DNA of 62,643 nucleotides, the filler included, from Chiloscyllium plagiosum (Eukaryota), in assembly GCF_004010195.1 (NCBI RefSeq). It is 5 parts of one record of this genome, joined end to end, with 100 filler letters (N's around TTAATTAATTAA, not from the genome) between each part and the next. Parts side by side here need not be neighbours in the genome. Positions count along the whole stretch, not along the records: positions 1 to 9,811 come from NC_057710.1; positions 9,912 to 37,383 come from NC_057710.1; 3 more parts are not named here. One strand, 5' to 3'. A program made the position numbers and the translations under genes. How positions within the stretch are numbered: position 1 is the stretch's first letter; each line of letters begins with the position of its first letter. Of this stretch, positions 1 to 12,180 are shown one piece after another. The notes under the pieces were generated by a model, which worked only from the letters and a program-made list of their open reading frames with translations, did no database searches and was not told the DNA's origin.

Positions 1-70
1 TTGGAGGGTTCCTGGGCGAAAGATGAGGCGTTCTTTCTCCAGGTGTCGGGTGACCAGGGTTTGGTGGTGA
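1..70 (-). mobile_element. Penelope-like element, C-terminal GIY-YIG-region fragment
   Basis: Reverse strand reads LEKERLIFRPGTLQ, matching the LEEERL motif in the PLE arm at 60830-60850. Confidence 0.65.
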
Positions 71-879
71 AGCATTGTAAATGCCTGCGACTGCTCAGGT
101 GAAATAAAAACCATTAAGAAGGGAGGGCAGATAAACATCAACAGCAACTGGAATAAACAGGGCACAAAAGTTGGCCAAAAAGCAAAGTATGCTGGGAATC
201 CTGAGCCAAGACAGACACACAAGAGACAATTCTGCCCAGGGAAAGGTCCTTGCAAGGTTTACGCCCAGATAATTGAAAACTGGAGAGGCACTAGAGCACA
301 TTACAAAGTGTGTCAAACAAACAAGATGCATGGGACATGTCTCAGTCAGGCAGAAGACTAGGTGTATATTCGGGGACAAAGCCAGACTTCCAGGCCCAAG
401 GCAGACACATCAAACGGTTCACTGTTAGCAAGCCATCGAGAACCATGAGCAGCATTTCAAGGTGATAAAGCCAATTAGTTTGATTGCCCTGATTAGCCAA
501 GTCCTTGGAAGGATCCAGAATGTAGCCAGGAGGGTATAAGAACCCGACCTGGCAGGACTTGACCGGACCCCACTCTCCAGCCAAACTATAGGCAGGTCAG
601 GATACAGCAGTGAGCAGAGCAGCTCACCCTCTGATCAGAGACAGAATCAACTCATGAAGAGAGGTACAGACAAAACAATTCAACAGAGCAGCACGTCTGG
701 GTAGTGTTTTAATATTCAAAAGAATCAGGTTGTTAGAAATAGAGTTGGTAAAATTGTCGAGTGTAGTTTTTCTCTTTGTCGTCTCAAATTAACTTGGGAC
801 TTGGCTAACTGACTGCAGTCTCGAGCTGTGTTGTCCTTATCTGGTACACGCTAAGGAGCCTGGGTAAATAAATATTGTA

Positions 880-1004
880 GGAGAAAGTGAGGACTGCAAA
901 TGCTGGAGATCAGAGCTTAAAAATGTGTTGTTGGAAAAGCGCAGCGGGTCAGGCAGCATCAAAGGAACAGGAGAATTGACGTTTCGGGCATAATCCCTTC
1001 TTCA
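880..1004 (-). mobile_element. PLE terminal repeat (family A), hammerhead-bearing, cut by N gap
   Basis: gagaaagtgaggactgc...gacgtttcgggcataatcccttcttca, same sequence as the copy at 19315. Confidence 0.8.
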
Positions 1005-1239
1005 NNNNNNNNNNNNNNNNNNNNNNNNNNNNNNNNNNNNNNNNNNNNNNNNNNNNNNNNNNNNNNNNNNNNNNNNNNNNNNNNNNNNNNNNNNNNNNNN
1101 NNNNNNNNNNNNNNNNNNNNNNNNNNNNNNNNNNNNNNNNNNNNNNNNNNNNNNNNNNNNNNNNNNNNNNNNNNNNNNNNNNNNNNNNNNNNNNNNNNNN
1201 NNNNNNNNNNNNNNNNNNNNNNNNNNCAATAAAACCCAC

Positions 1240-1288
1240 CTTGTCAGAATCTCCTGCACACCGGGAGGCAACAGGAAATACTGTGTGT
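1240..1288 (-). other. Candidate internal exon (49 nt)
   Basis: Minus strand: atttcactttgcag|ACAC...ACAAG|gtgggt. Confidence 0.35.
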
Positions 1289-1786
1289 CTGCAAAGTGAA
1301 ATGACTGAACTGAAGTACTGTTGCGGGTTCAGGGTTTTTTTTACATTTTTCATTTCTTCAATGTGAATGAAGAGCACTTGAACCACTCATATAAAGCTAA
1401 ATGCCAGCTCCACCCATTGCTCTGAAATACAGACCCTGTAAATGTACAGATGGATAATTGAAACTTAGCCTCACGTCTGTCGTTTGGGTCTGTCTTTCTT
1501 TCAGTGAATATTGTGTGGTCCAGATTTGACCAACATTTACACCATTGCTGTTCATGAGTGAGATACTGAGCTAATTTTACTACTTTTCATAAAGAGACAT
1601 GCACGTCACCATTTGGCCCATTTTATCAATAATGTCTCCATGGTGACACAACATTTTAATGTTAAACCATGAGATATGCAAAGAAACATTGTTACGAGAC
1701 ATAAAGTGAATTCACCCACACCAGGACCATCCAAATCCCTGAATTTAACTAACTGCAAATTTTACAACATGAGCTATAAAATGTAC

Positions 1787-1843
1787 CTGTAATTCTCGCA
1801 GGCTCTTTACTCCCTGGAACAGTGACACATCTTGTGGTAAAAC
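1787..1843 (-). other. Candidate internal exon (57 nt)
   Basis: Minus strand: cctgcttggttcag|GTTT...TACAG|gtacat. Confidence 0.35.
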
Positions 1844-2157
1844 CTGAACCAAGCAGGAACGAGGAGGTGGGTGGTGGGTGGGAGAGTGATACCACATGGC
1901 ATGGGGACACCACCTGAGACTGGAGGGAATGATCCCTGGCATCGGGAAAGTGGTCCAGGAAAAGGTCTGGGAGAGATTACAACTGGGGAAGGGGAAGAGA
2001 AGCCTGGAGCAGGGAATGGTGAAGAGATGGGAGTGGGAGCTGGAATGACACTTGGATAGACCAGAAGGTGGGAATAGAGGGACAGTCTCGAGGGGTTGAA
2101 TACCCTATTCTGCCATCTTTATTAAGAAAAAAAAAATTCAAAACATTAAATCCTTAC

Positions 2158-2266
2158 ATTTAGCTGGGTTCTCCAACGGAAATGTGAAAATACATCAGGT
2201 TTGAGCTGACAGATCTCACAAGAGGAGTCACAATCTCACTGCCTGTGTCAGTGGTTATAATCACAT
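2158..2266 (-). other. Candidate internal exon (109 nt)
   Basis: Minus strand: tttttcctccctccag|ATGTG...TAAAT|gtaagg; the longest-open frame ends in TAA just before the donor. Confidence 0.4.
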
Positions 2267-2706
2267 CTGGAGGGAGGAAAAACATTTCGTTGGAGGAGAT
2301 TGAAAAATGCAGTCAGGGAGGTGAATGAGAAAAAGGCTGTAAACTTTGATTGAATGTCAGAAGGCTCCATCACCAGGTTTACAGCAGAACAACAGTCAAA
2401 CTTGACGAAGGCAATATTGAGAGATGGGTTCAACCCTTCGGGCCATCCCCACTCCAGAGGAAAATGTTCATGGATGGTTCCGAAGAATGATAAAGGTCAG
2501 AAAGGGAAGTGATCATCACCACTTTATATTTACAGTTATGTAGATGAGTTAATACTAATACAAGAAGAAACGGTGAGTCAGTGGCTGCAGCAGGTGTCGA
2601 TGAGGATAAGGTAGAAACAGCTGAAAAATGGGCAGGAGCCAGGGACACCCCGTATACTGAATCACAGCTGTGTACCTCACTACACTCTACGAAGATGGGA
2701 ACTCAC

Positions 2707-2727
2707 CCCATAGTTAAAGAGGGCTCA
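2707..2727 (-). other. Candidate micro-exon (21 nt)
   Basis: Minus strand: ctaattttcag|TGAGC...TATGGG|gtgagt. Confidence 0.3.
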
Positions 2728-3025
2728 CTGAAAATTAGGCTGTTGTTCATGCACAACATCAAAGATTCAAAATTAGTTTAATAATGAATTTCAAACCTTT
2801 GGGAATAGAATGAACTGTGTGTTTTTGATTCTCATTAAATCAAGTTTTTGTGCTTTACACCTTCAGGTTGTTCTCACAATCTCGATATGCTATCGCTTGG
2901 CAAATATCAAACTGAACTCAACTTTTGAAAAAGTTAATGAACAGCAGATTGCGGCAGTTTTCCGGAACAAAGTATAATTACAACAACATCACTCGGTGAG
3001 TTGGCCCCACCCCCCTGTCTCATAC

Positions 3026-3090
3026 TCATAGTGAGTTAACTCTTTCTGCTGGCAGCTTCCTTTCAATTCCCCCAGACACCTTCCATATCT
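3026..3090 (-). other. Candidate exon (65 nt)
   Basis: Minus strand: acacatttag|AGATA...CTATGA|gtatga; phase-1 reading IWKVSGGIERKLPAERVNSL*. Confidence 0.3.
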
Positions 3091-3219
3091 CTAAATGTGT
3101 ATTAATGGAAATTTACAGACNNNNNNNNNNNNNNNNNNNNNNNNNNNNNNNNNNNNNNNNNNNNNNNNNNNNNNNNNNNNNNNNNNNNNNNNNNNNNNNA
3201 ATTCTTACTCATCTGGTTA

Positions 3220-3560
3220 TCGCAACGTCATTTAAATGTTGTAACTGCAGCTGCATACACCACTTCCTTTGGAAGTCCATTCCACACATGAACCATTCTG
3301 TGTAAAAAACTTGCATCTCATGTCGTTATTAAATCTTTCTCCTCTCATCCTAAACATATACCCTCTTGTCTTGAAATCACCCACCCGAAGGAACAGGTAC
3401 CTGCCATTCACCTTATCTACACCCCTCATGATTTTATAAACTTGTATAACGTCACCTCTCACCCTCCGAGACCCCAATGAAAACATTCTCAGCCTATCTA
3501 GCATTTCATTATAACCCGAATCCTCCATTCCTGGGAACATCCTGATAAACCTCTTCCGAA
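3220..3560 (-). mobile_element. CR1 LINE ORF2 3' fragment
   Basis: RVRGDVIQVYKIMRG...TRGY...FFTQ, the CR1 ORF2 C-terminus. Confidence 0.85.
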
Positions 3561-4880
3561 ACAAATTGATAAATGCATTGAGAAACAATGCTATTTTCAG
3601 CACTCAATGGTGAAATTACATGATGTTTAAGAAGCGGTTCAGTGATGTAGTCTGTGAGCAGCGTGCTGATCACCTCGGGAGCTGTTCAGATTACCCAATC
3701 AAGGGACAATGTGAAAAAGTGGATTTGAAGGAGAAGATCAACAATAATCTCATTGAATGGTGGACCTTTTTTATGACCCAGGGGAAAGACAAGACGGTAC
3801 AACCCCCAGGAAAGCTGAAAACCATTGTGCAAAGGTGAGAGTGGAGGGAAGTGTGAAGGGAGGATGATAGGCAGGAGGGGGAGGGACTGCAATTGGTGGG
3901 AGCATGTGAAGGAGGATGGACAGAGTGGCAAGTGGGTGAGGGGTTTCAATGGAATGTGTGTGTGAGGGGGTAGCATGGAGGTAGGTGAGGAAGGTAGAGG
4001 ACAAGGGGAGTGGGAGAGAATGGTGCCAGGGTGGAGGGGCATATTGTCAGGTAGGTGAGAGAAAGCTTGAGGTGTGTAAGGGCTGGGATGAAGTGAGGGA
4101 GCATTTCAGTTCTGCTGGCACCACGTCAGAGAGGAATGAGACTGATGGATCTGCTGGGGTTATGTGGAGAGTGGGGATATGTTGAAGGCGCTGTGTCAGG
4201 TCCAGAAGGTTTAGTGAAAGGGTTGTGCTACCAGGTCGGGACAGAGGGTCAGTACCACCTGGGTCACTTTGGGTGGGGTTTTAGGTTAGTAAGGCAGGGG
4301 CTGGGTGGGTGTTGGGTGGTGATGGGAGAATGCAAATTGCTCTCAGTTCCAATTCCATTGGCAGAAGCGGGGTGTGTCTGTTCAGGGGCAGCTTTCCCAT
4401 CTCATGGGGTTCCGTTGAATGGGGTTTGAAAGCTGGTCAAAGGGAGGGGCTGTTGTTTTGCTGGTTTTAAATGTTGTAACTGTAGCTGCATCCACCACTT
4501 CCAATGGGGTTGTGGAAAGGGCGAAGGGGAGTAGTGGGTCAGTGATGAGGGATCTGTGGACTCTTGGGGTTGGTGAGGAGGTGATGGAGCTTCGAGACCA
4601 GCTGGGTCATAGGTGTCAGGTTAAGCGGGTTTGTCAAGTCTGACACGGTCATGTTGAGGGTGTTGTCGGGTCAAGGGGAATGGGGAAAGTGTGTCAGTGA
4701 TAACGACTGACTCCCGATCAGAATTTCGGGCCAATGAAGTGTAACTTGGATAATTCCATTGATTGGAATCATTGAACTAAAGAATCAGTGGGAACAGAGA
4801 CCGAAATGGGGAACAAAATACTCCCTGTTGATGCTGATGTATGTAAATAAATTTGAATGAAGAATAAATGCTGTATTCTT

Positions 4881-5056
4881 TACTTGATTTGGAGATGCCG
4901 GTGTTGGACTGGGGTGTACAAAGTTAAAAATCACACAACACCAGGTTATAGTCCAACAGGTTTAATTGGAAGCACACTAGCTTTCGGAGCGACGCTCCTA
5001 CATCAGGTGGTAGTACCACCTGATGAAGGAGCGTCGCTCCAAAAGCTAGTGTGCGT
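4881..5056. mobile_element. PLE-derived inverted-repeat cassette, hammerhead family B, with ~24-bp flanking duplication
   Basis: Two opposed cores (cactagctttcggagcgacgctcc.. / cacctgatgaaggagcgtcgctcc..gctagtg); atgaagaataaatgc(t)tgtattctt at 4857 and 5057. Confidence 0.85.
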
Positions 5057-5399
5057 ATGAAGAATAAATGCTTGTATTCTTGATTGGAAATACAATAACT
5101 GACTGCCAGTAGAGGGCCAGTTTTATAAACAGGATACCGGGATTTCTGAGATAGGACATTGGTGGAATTGGTCAAATTTCCAAAGTGGGCACATGTCCAT
5201 AATTTGTCTAAGGAACAGTCACTGCATTCAATGGAAGTTAGGGAGAAGAGTATATCTTTCTCGAGGTACGGAGACCAGAGTTATGCACAGTAGTCTAGGT
5301 TAATGCAATGTGTAGTTTGGGGAAGACAAAACAGTTTTAGAATTAAGCACATCTCACTGTTCAAAATGTATAAAGGTAACAGAACCTTATAGAAAGGTT

Positions 5400-5562
5400 T
5401 CATTCCAATTCCTTTTCTAAAACTATTTGTGTTAGTCCACCTTTTTTATACCAAACGATAAGAAATTTCCCATTAAGTATTCCCTTGTCTTTTTCCAAGT
5501 CTTTCAGGAAATCAAGGACATGTTCTTCATATTGTTTCACATCAGTTATGTTGGAAATAGTC
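5400..5562 (-). CDS. Candidate terminal coding exon of an unknown protein (TISNITDVKQYEEHVLDFLKDLEKDKGILNGKFLIVWYKKGGLTQIVLEKELE*)
   Basis: Strong acceptor ttaattccattgcag; 53 open codons in AT-rich unique DNA; amphipathic-helix pattern; possible internal donor at 5441. Confidence 0.5.
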
Positions 5563-6719
5563 CTGCAATGGAATTAAGAATACAGACATTTAATTCATTC
5601 CTTGTGACAAAACCTGTCTGAATCAAATAGATTAACAGGCCAACAGCAACAGGAGTCAGGCTTTCAGCCCATTGAGAACCCTCCATCATTCCGTTCCATC
5701 ATGATTACAGGAACAGAATCGAAAAGCAATCAGAATGGACAGTCCCGTGGCCGATAAGGGGATATAGTTTTGGCGAGGAATTCTGAAAGTTGACATCAAC
5801 TTAACGGCACTGTTCAAAAAATTGCATGGCAGAGGGACAGGGAAATCTTGGTGCACTGATCTTTATTGAGAGAGTGAATAGCAAAGCAAACAGGGNNNNN
5901 NNNNNNNNNNNNNNNNNNNNNNNNNNNNNNNNNNNNNNNNNNNNNNNNNNNNNNNNNNNNNNNNNNNNNNNNNNNNNNNNNNNNNNNNNNNNNNNNNNNN
6001 NNNNNNNNNNNNNNNNNNNNNNNNNNNNNNNNNNNNNNNNNNNNNNNNNNNNNNNNNNNNNNNNNNNNNNNNNNNNNNNNNNNNNNNNNNNNNNNNNNNN
6101 NNNNNNNNNNNNNNNNNNNNNNNNNNNNNNNNNNNNNNNNNNNNNNNNNNNNNNNNNNNNNNNNNNNNNNNNNNNNNNNNNNNNNNNNNNNNNNNNNNNN
6201 NNNNNNNNNNNNNNNNNNNNNNNNNNNNNNNNNNNNNNNNNNNNNNNNNNNNNNNNNNNNNNNNNNNNNNNNNNNNNNNNNNNNNNNNNNNNNNNNNNNN
6301 NNNNNNNNNNNNNNNNNNNNNNNNNNNNNNNNNNNNNNNNNNNNNNNNNNNNNNNNNNNNNNNNNNNNNNNNNNNNNNNNNNNNNNNNNNNNNNNNNNNN
6401 NNNNNNNNNNNNNNNNNNNNNNNNNNNNNNNNNNNNNNNNNNNNNNNNNNNNNNNNNNNNNNNNNNNNNNNNNNNNNNNNNNNNNNNNNNNNNNNNNNNN
6501 NNNNNNNNNNNNNNNNNNNNNNNNNNNNNNNNNNNNNNNNNNNNNNNNNNNNNNNNNNNNNNNNNNNNNNNNNNNNNNNNNNNNNNNNNNNNNNNNNNNN
6601 NNNNNNNNNNNNNNNNNNNNNNNNNNNNNNNNNNNNNNNNNNNNNNNNNNNNNNNNNNNNNNNNNNNNNNNNNNNNNNNNNNNNNNNNCGGATGTGGGTT
6701 CATTCCAGACAGAGTTGGA

Positions 6720-7660
6720 TGGATTTATTTTCAGGAATAGAGAAGTGGTCGAGGAGCTGAATGAATATGTTGTGTCTGTTTTCACTGAAGTGGTGGATCC
6801 AGTGACTGTGATGCCATTGAATGTCAGTGGGTGATGTTTACCTTCTCTCTTGTTGGAGATGGTCAGTGCCTGACAGTTATGTGGTGCAAACCAAATTGGT
6901 GCAGTTATGGACAGTGAGGAAGGATGTCAACGGATACAGCAACAAATGGAGATCACGTGGAAAGATGGGCAATGAAATGGCATGTGGAGTTTAATCCAGA
7001 CAGTTGTGAGATAATGCACTTTGGAAAGTTAAATGGAAGAATTCAAAATTATACAAAAAAATGTCAAGAATTAATCTGCAGAGGGATCTTGGGTCAAGTC
7101 CATAGCTCCCTGAAAGTGGCAATGCAAGTGGATAAGGTTGGAAAGAAGACATAACGGCATGTTTGCCTTCATCAATCTGGGGCTTGAGAATAAAAGTTGC
7201 AAAGTCATGCTGCAGATTACAGGAAGGATGTGGGGGCCTTGGACATGATGCAATGGATTGGACTGTATTCACTATAAGAAGAGTTTGGGCACACGGATTG
7301 TTTTCACTAGAACATCAGAGGCTGAGGGGGGAACTGATGGAAGTATATTAAATAATGAGAGGCATGGAGAAGGTGGACAGTCAGAGTTTTTATCCCAGGG
7401 TGGAAATCTCAAACACTCGTGGGCATAGGTTTATGGTAAGAGGAGAATGTGCGAGGAGAGGTTTTTATTCAGTGTGGTCAGCGACTGGAATGTGCTACCC
7501 AGGGTGCTGAAAGATGTAGATATGGGAGTAAAGTTTAAAAGACATTTGGACAGATACACAAACACACCGGGAACAGAGGGATATGGACCTTGTGCAGGCA
7601 GATAGGGTTAGGGTTAGGGTTAGATCAGCTCAGGTATTTGGGCGAAACAGTCTATTCCTG
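6720..7660 (+). mobile_element. Degenerate CR1 LINE ORF2 and 3' UTR
   Basis: WAMKWHVEFNPDSCEIMHFG, GLFSLEHQRLRGEL. Confidence 0.85.
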
Positions 7661-8137
7661 TGCTTTACTCTTCCAGTGTGACTCTTCTTCAGAGATTTAT
7701 TTGGACTTGTGTTCAGTCAGTCCTATCGAAGAGGGAAATGGTTAATGAGCATGTGCCAGGTATGACTCCAACCAGTGGAAATTCTTCCCGGTTCCCATTG
7801 ATTCCAGGTTTACTGGAACTCCTTAATATCACATTTGTTCAGACACAGCCTCGATGACAAGGGCGGTCTCTCTCACCTCAGCCCCGGAAATCAGCTCCTT
7901 TAGAAATGTCTCCTCCCACCATCAACACACAAAGTTAATAACGTGTACCATCTACAAGATACACTGCAGTATCTCACTGAACCCAGTCCACCATCGACAA
8001 GGTACAGGTCAGGAGTGGGATAGACTACACACCACTTGCCTGTATAGGGAAGGCTGGAAAATCCCTCAGATTGTATTGCAACCAATCACCTTGCTCCTTT
8101 TGCATCACCGTCCAAATCTGTGCTCTCTACTATCTAT

Positions 8138-8830
8138 GATTTGGAGATGCCAGTGTTGGACTGGGGTGTAAAAAGTTACAACTCTCACAACACCAGGTTA
8201 TAGTCCAAAACGTTTAATTGGAAGCACTGGCTTTTGCAGCGCTGCTCCTTCATCAGGTGATTGTGGAGTACACAATCGTAAGGCACAGAATTTATGGCAA
8301 AAGTTTACACTGTGACTTAGACCCCTTTTTACACACACACACACATATATATATATACATTGGTGGGGTGAATTTGAACTTGCAGAGTTACTTTGTACTT
8401 TGCTCAAAAACTGCACGAATCCATGTAAGACTTTGTTAACTCACTTTTTAGATAAGAATCAGTCTAAACATTATGGCACAGACAACAGAACACAGGGGGC
8501 TAACACCTTCAACATCTTAACAGCTTATCTGGGCTGACACCAATAGTTACAGTTAACCTGAGAATGTAACTTTTTAAAAACTTTTTGTGACTTACATATG
8601 AAAGAAGTGAAACTATCATGGTCATTCTAACAGATGAGAGACTTAACAAACAATCAAGGTATTTTTCAATGTATAATTTCAGTTACATCACACTGTAAAC
8701 TTTTGCTATAAATTATGTGTCTCACAATTGTGTACTCCACAACCACCTGATAAAGGAGCAGCGCTCCGAGAGCTAGTGCTTCCAATTAAACCTGTTGGAC
8801 TATACCCTGATGTTGTGTGATGTTTAACTC
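8138..8830. mobile_element. PLE family B terminal-repeat cassette with inverted ends
   Basis: Opposed, mutated hammerhead cores at ~8226 and ~8743; ctctctact repeated on both flanks. Confidence 0.8.
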
Positions 8831-9811
8831 TCTACTCCCTAGAAGGACTGAGGGCAGTAATCACATGAGAACACCAACTCCTGCAANNNNNNNNNNNNNN
8901 NNNNNNNNNNNNNNNNNNNNNNNNNNNNNNNNNNNNNNNNNNNNNNNNNNNNNNNNNNNNNNNNNNNNNNNNNNNNNNNNNNNNNNNNNNNNNNNNNNNN
9001 NNNNNNNNNNNNNNNNNNNNNNNNNNNNNNNNNNNNNNNNNNNNNNNNNNNNNNNNNNNNNNNNNNNNNNNNNNNNNNNNNNNNNNNNNNNNNNNNNNNN
9101 NNNNNNNNNNNNNNNNNNNNNNNNNNNNNNNNNNNNNNNNNNNNNNNNNNNNNNNNNNNNNNNNNNNNNNNNNNNNNNNNNNNNNNNNNNNNNNNNNNNN
9201 NNNNNNNNNNNNNNNNNNNNNNNNNNNNNNNNNNNNNNNNNNNNNNNNNNNNNNNNNNNNNNNNNNNNNNNNNNNNNNNNNNNNNNNNNNNNNNNNNNNN
9301 NNNNNNNNNNNNNNNNNNNNNNNNNNNNNNNNNNNNNNNNNNNNNNNNNNNNNNNNNNNNNNNNNNNNNNNNNNNNNNNNNNNNNNCAGTGTCCCCCACT
9401 TCCACTCTCTTCATTCTTGTTGGTTTCAGTTCAAATGTAAATTCCTCCAGTGAGACTGGGAACGCATTCCTCACGAATATAAAATTCTCCGTGTGTCTGG
9501 ATGTTTCTGGTTCCAATTGCAAGACCCACACCCTCCTCTAGGCTCCACTCCACATCCCTCTTCCTCCTCTCACTGACCCCTCCTGGTCCTGAGCCTCAAT
9601 GAAAGCTCCCACTCTCCTGCCCCCTCCCCTTGTGCTGCAGAGTTCAACAATGGAACCCTCTGACCTCAGACACCACAGCACAAAGCTGACTGATTCTCAT
9701 GTGTCACTAACTTTCAGATGAAGATGGACATCATTCCAAAAGGGTCACAACAATGAGTATTGATGGAATACAAATCCATTCCATGTAGGAATACTCCACA
9801 GGGCAGTTCCA

Positions 9812-9910
9812 NNNNNNNNNNNNNNNNNNNNNNNNNNNNNNNNNNNNNNNNNNNNTTAATTAATTAANNNNNNNNNNNNNNNNNNNNNNNNNNNNNNNNN
9901 NNNNNNNNNN
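9812..9910. other. Artificial contig linker (N-TTAATTAATTAA-N)
   Basis: Identical 12-mer centred in ~100-nt gaps, also at ~37428, ~49140 and ~57325. Confidence 0.9.
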
Positions 9911-10396
9911 NAAACTTGAAAGGGTTCAGAAAAGATTTACAAGGATGTTGCCAGGGTTGGAGGATCTGAGCTACAGGGAGAGGCTGAACAGGTTGGGGCT
10001 GTTTTCCATGGAGCGTTGGAGGCTGAGGGGTGACCTTATAGAGGTTTACAAAATTATGAGGGGCACATGGATAGGATAAATAGGCAAAGTCTTTTCCCTG
10101 GGTTAGGGGAGTCCAGAACTAGAGGGCATAGGTTTAGAGTGAGAGGGGAAAGATATAAAAGAGACCTAAGGGGCAACGTATTCACACAGAGGATGGTACG
10201 TGTATGGATTGATCTGCCAGAGGAAGTGGTGGAGGCTGGTACAATTACAACATTTAAAAGTCATCTGGATGGTTATATGAATAGGAAGGGTTTAGGAGGA
10301 TATCGGCTAAATGCTGGCAAATGGGACTAGATTAATTTAGCATATCTGGTCGGCATGGGCAGACGGGTCTGTTTCTGTGCTGTACAACTCTATGAC
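9911..10396 (+). mobile_element. CR1 (HER1-like) LINE 3' end
   Basis: LERVQKRFTRMLPG...TRGHRF...FTQRMVRVW plus a 3' UTR similar to the HE1 tail. Confidence 0.9.
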
Positions 10397-10428
10397 TGTT
10401 AGTGTGAGTTGGCATTTAAGTAGAAACA

Positions 10429-10720
10429 AGGCAAAAGTGAGCACTGCAGATGCTGGAAACCAGAGTCTAGATCAGAGTGGTGCTGGAAAAGCACAGCAGG
10501 TCACAGCATCCGAGGAGCAGGAAAATTGACGTTTTGGGCAAAAGCTCTTCATCAGGAATAGAGGCAGGGAGCCTCCAGGGTGAAGAGATCTTTTATCTCT
10601 CTACTCTGGAGGCTTCCTGCCTCTATTCCTGATGAAGGGCTTTTGCCTGAAACGTTGATTTTCCTGCTCCTCGGATGCTGCCTGACCTGCTGTGCTTTTC
10701 CAGCACCACTCTGATTTAAA
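10429..10720. mobile_element. PLE family A inverted cassette with 16-bp TSD
   Basis: Inverted arms; core cctgatgaagggcttttgcctgaaacgtt at ~10629; cattt(a/g)agtagaaaca at 10413 and 10721. Confidence 0.85.
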
Positions 10721-11329
10721 CATTTGAGTAGAAACAGTATGGGGGGCTGGGGGAGTTCATGGTCCTTGGAAATTAAGTGTCTAAACCAGGGACAGAGGAA
10801 GCCAGCGATAAAATAAGTCGATCAATAAAAGTTACAGTTCAGTTTAAGGCAGACCACCAGCATTCATTTCTCAAGAGATAGAATTGTTGCAAGTGTATTG
10901 AACCTTAACTAAACTACACTTGGAATATAACTGTTCAGTTCTCCACATTATAACATGGACAAGGATATCCTGGAGATGGTGCCAATCTACAACTATACTT
11001 GAACTGAGGGCTAATATGTATCAGGAAAGAAGAAATAGGTTGGAGATAATTTCTGTGGAAAAGACCAGGGCAGAGGTGTGAGAGATCGTTAAAAGTGGGA
11101 GAGGTAACAAAGTAAGCAGAGAGAAGGTGTTTACACTTTCACTCAAGAGCAGACCTAGGGACGATAAACAAAAGATAGACATTTGTAAATCCAACAGGGA
11201 AAAGGTAGACATTAGCTGGGGAACCTTACTCAGGGGGCGATGAGAATGTGGAACTCACTACCACACTGAGTAGTAACAGTGAATGGCATGGATGCATTTA
11301 AGGTGAAACTTAATAAAATTTCTTTTTAA

Positions 11330-12180
11330 TTCATTGGATATCAGCATCACTGGCCAGGTCAGCATTTATTGCCTAGGGGAAGTTAAGAATCAGCAAAGTA
11401 AGGACAACAGATTTCCTTCCCGAATGGATATTTGTGAACCAGATGGAGTTTTGTAACAATTGATCATCATTAGGATAACTTTTATTGTGGACTTTTATTG
11501 ACTTCATTTCAAGTTTCACCAGTGCACGAGATTTGAGCCCATGTCCTGAGACCATTAACCTGGTCATAATCATAGAGACATAGAGATGTACAGCACGGAA
11601 ACAGACCCTTTGGACCAACCCGTCCATGCCGACCAGATATGCCAACCCAATCTAGTCCCATTTGCCAGCACTTGACCCATGTCCCTCCAAACCCTTCCTA
11701 TACATACACCCATCCAGATAAATGTTGTAACTGTACCAGCCTCCACCACTTCCTCTGGCAGCTCATTCCATACACGCACCACCCTCTGCTCCTTCGGTCC
11801 CTTTTAAATCTTTCCCCTCTCATCCTTAACCTATGCCCTCTAGTTTTGTACGATGGGCATATTTCTGTACTTTCGATTTATTCATTCGCAGGATGAGGGC
11901 ATTGTTGGCTAACATTTATTGCCGAGGGGACAGTTTAAAAATTAACCACGTTGCTGTGGGTCTGGAGTCACATGGAGGCCAGACCAGGTAAGGATGGCAG
12001 ATTCCTTCCCTCAAGGATATCAGTGAACCAGATGGGTTTTTCTGACAATCAATAATGGATTCACAGTCATCAGTATACTCCTAATTCCAGATTTTTATTG
12101 AATTCAAATCCAACAATGATGGGATTGTGAACCCAGGTCCCCAGGAATGCTAATCTAGCATCACTAAACCATGACCTCTC
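11330..12180 (-). mobile_element. Two copies of a tRNA-type SINE (family 2) separated by a CR1 3' fragment (~11570-11845)
   Basis: Shared blocks gcatttattgcc, ctggagtcacat, gtgaaccagatgg; VRVWNELPEEVVEAG in the CR1 piece. Confidence 0.7.

Noticed and set aside
2535..2995. Plus-strand exon-like pieces (YVDELILIQEET; VVLTISICYRL...)
   Set aside because: The second piece has stops in all frames before its donor, there is no consistent model, and they interleave with the minus-strand chain
3601..4700. 72-aa ORF followed by a G-rich tract (similar tract at ~58900-59170)
   Set aside because: No recognisable motif; possibly a decayed DNA-transposon gene, but I cannot support a call
9430..9541. Plus-strand terminal-exon-like segment (SNVNSSSETGNAFLTNIKFSVCLDVSGSNCKTHTLL*)
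   Set aside because: Isolated between gaps, with no partner exon
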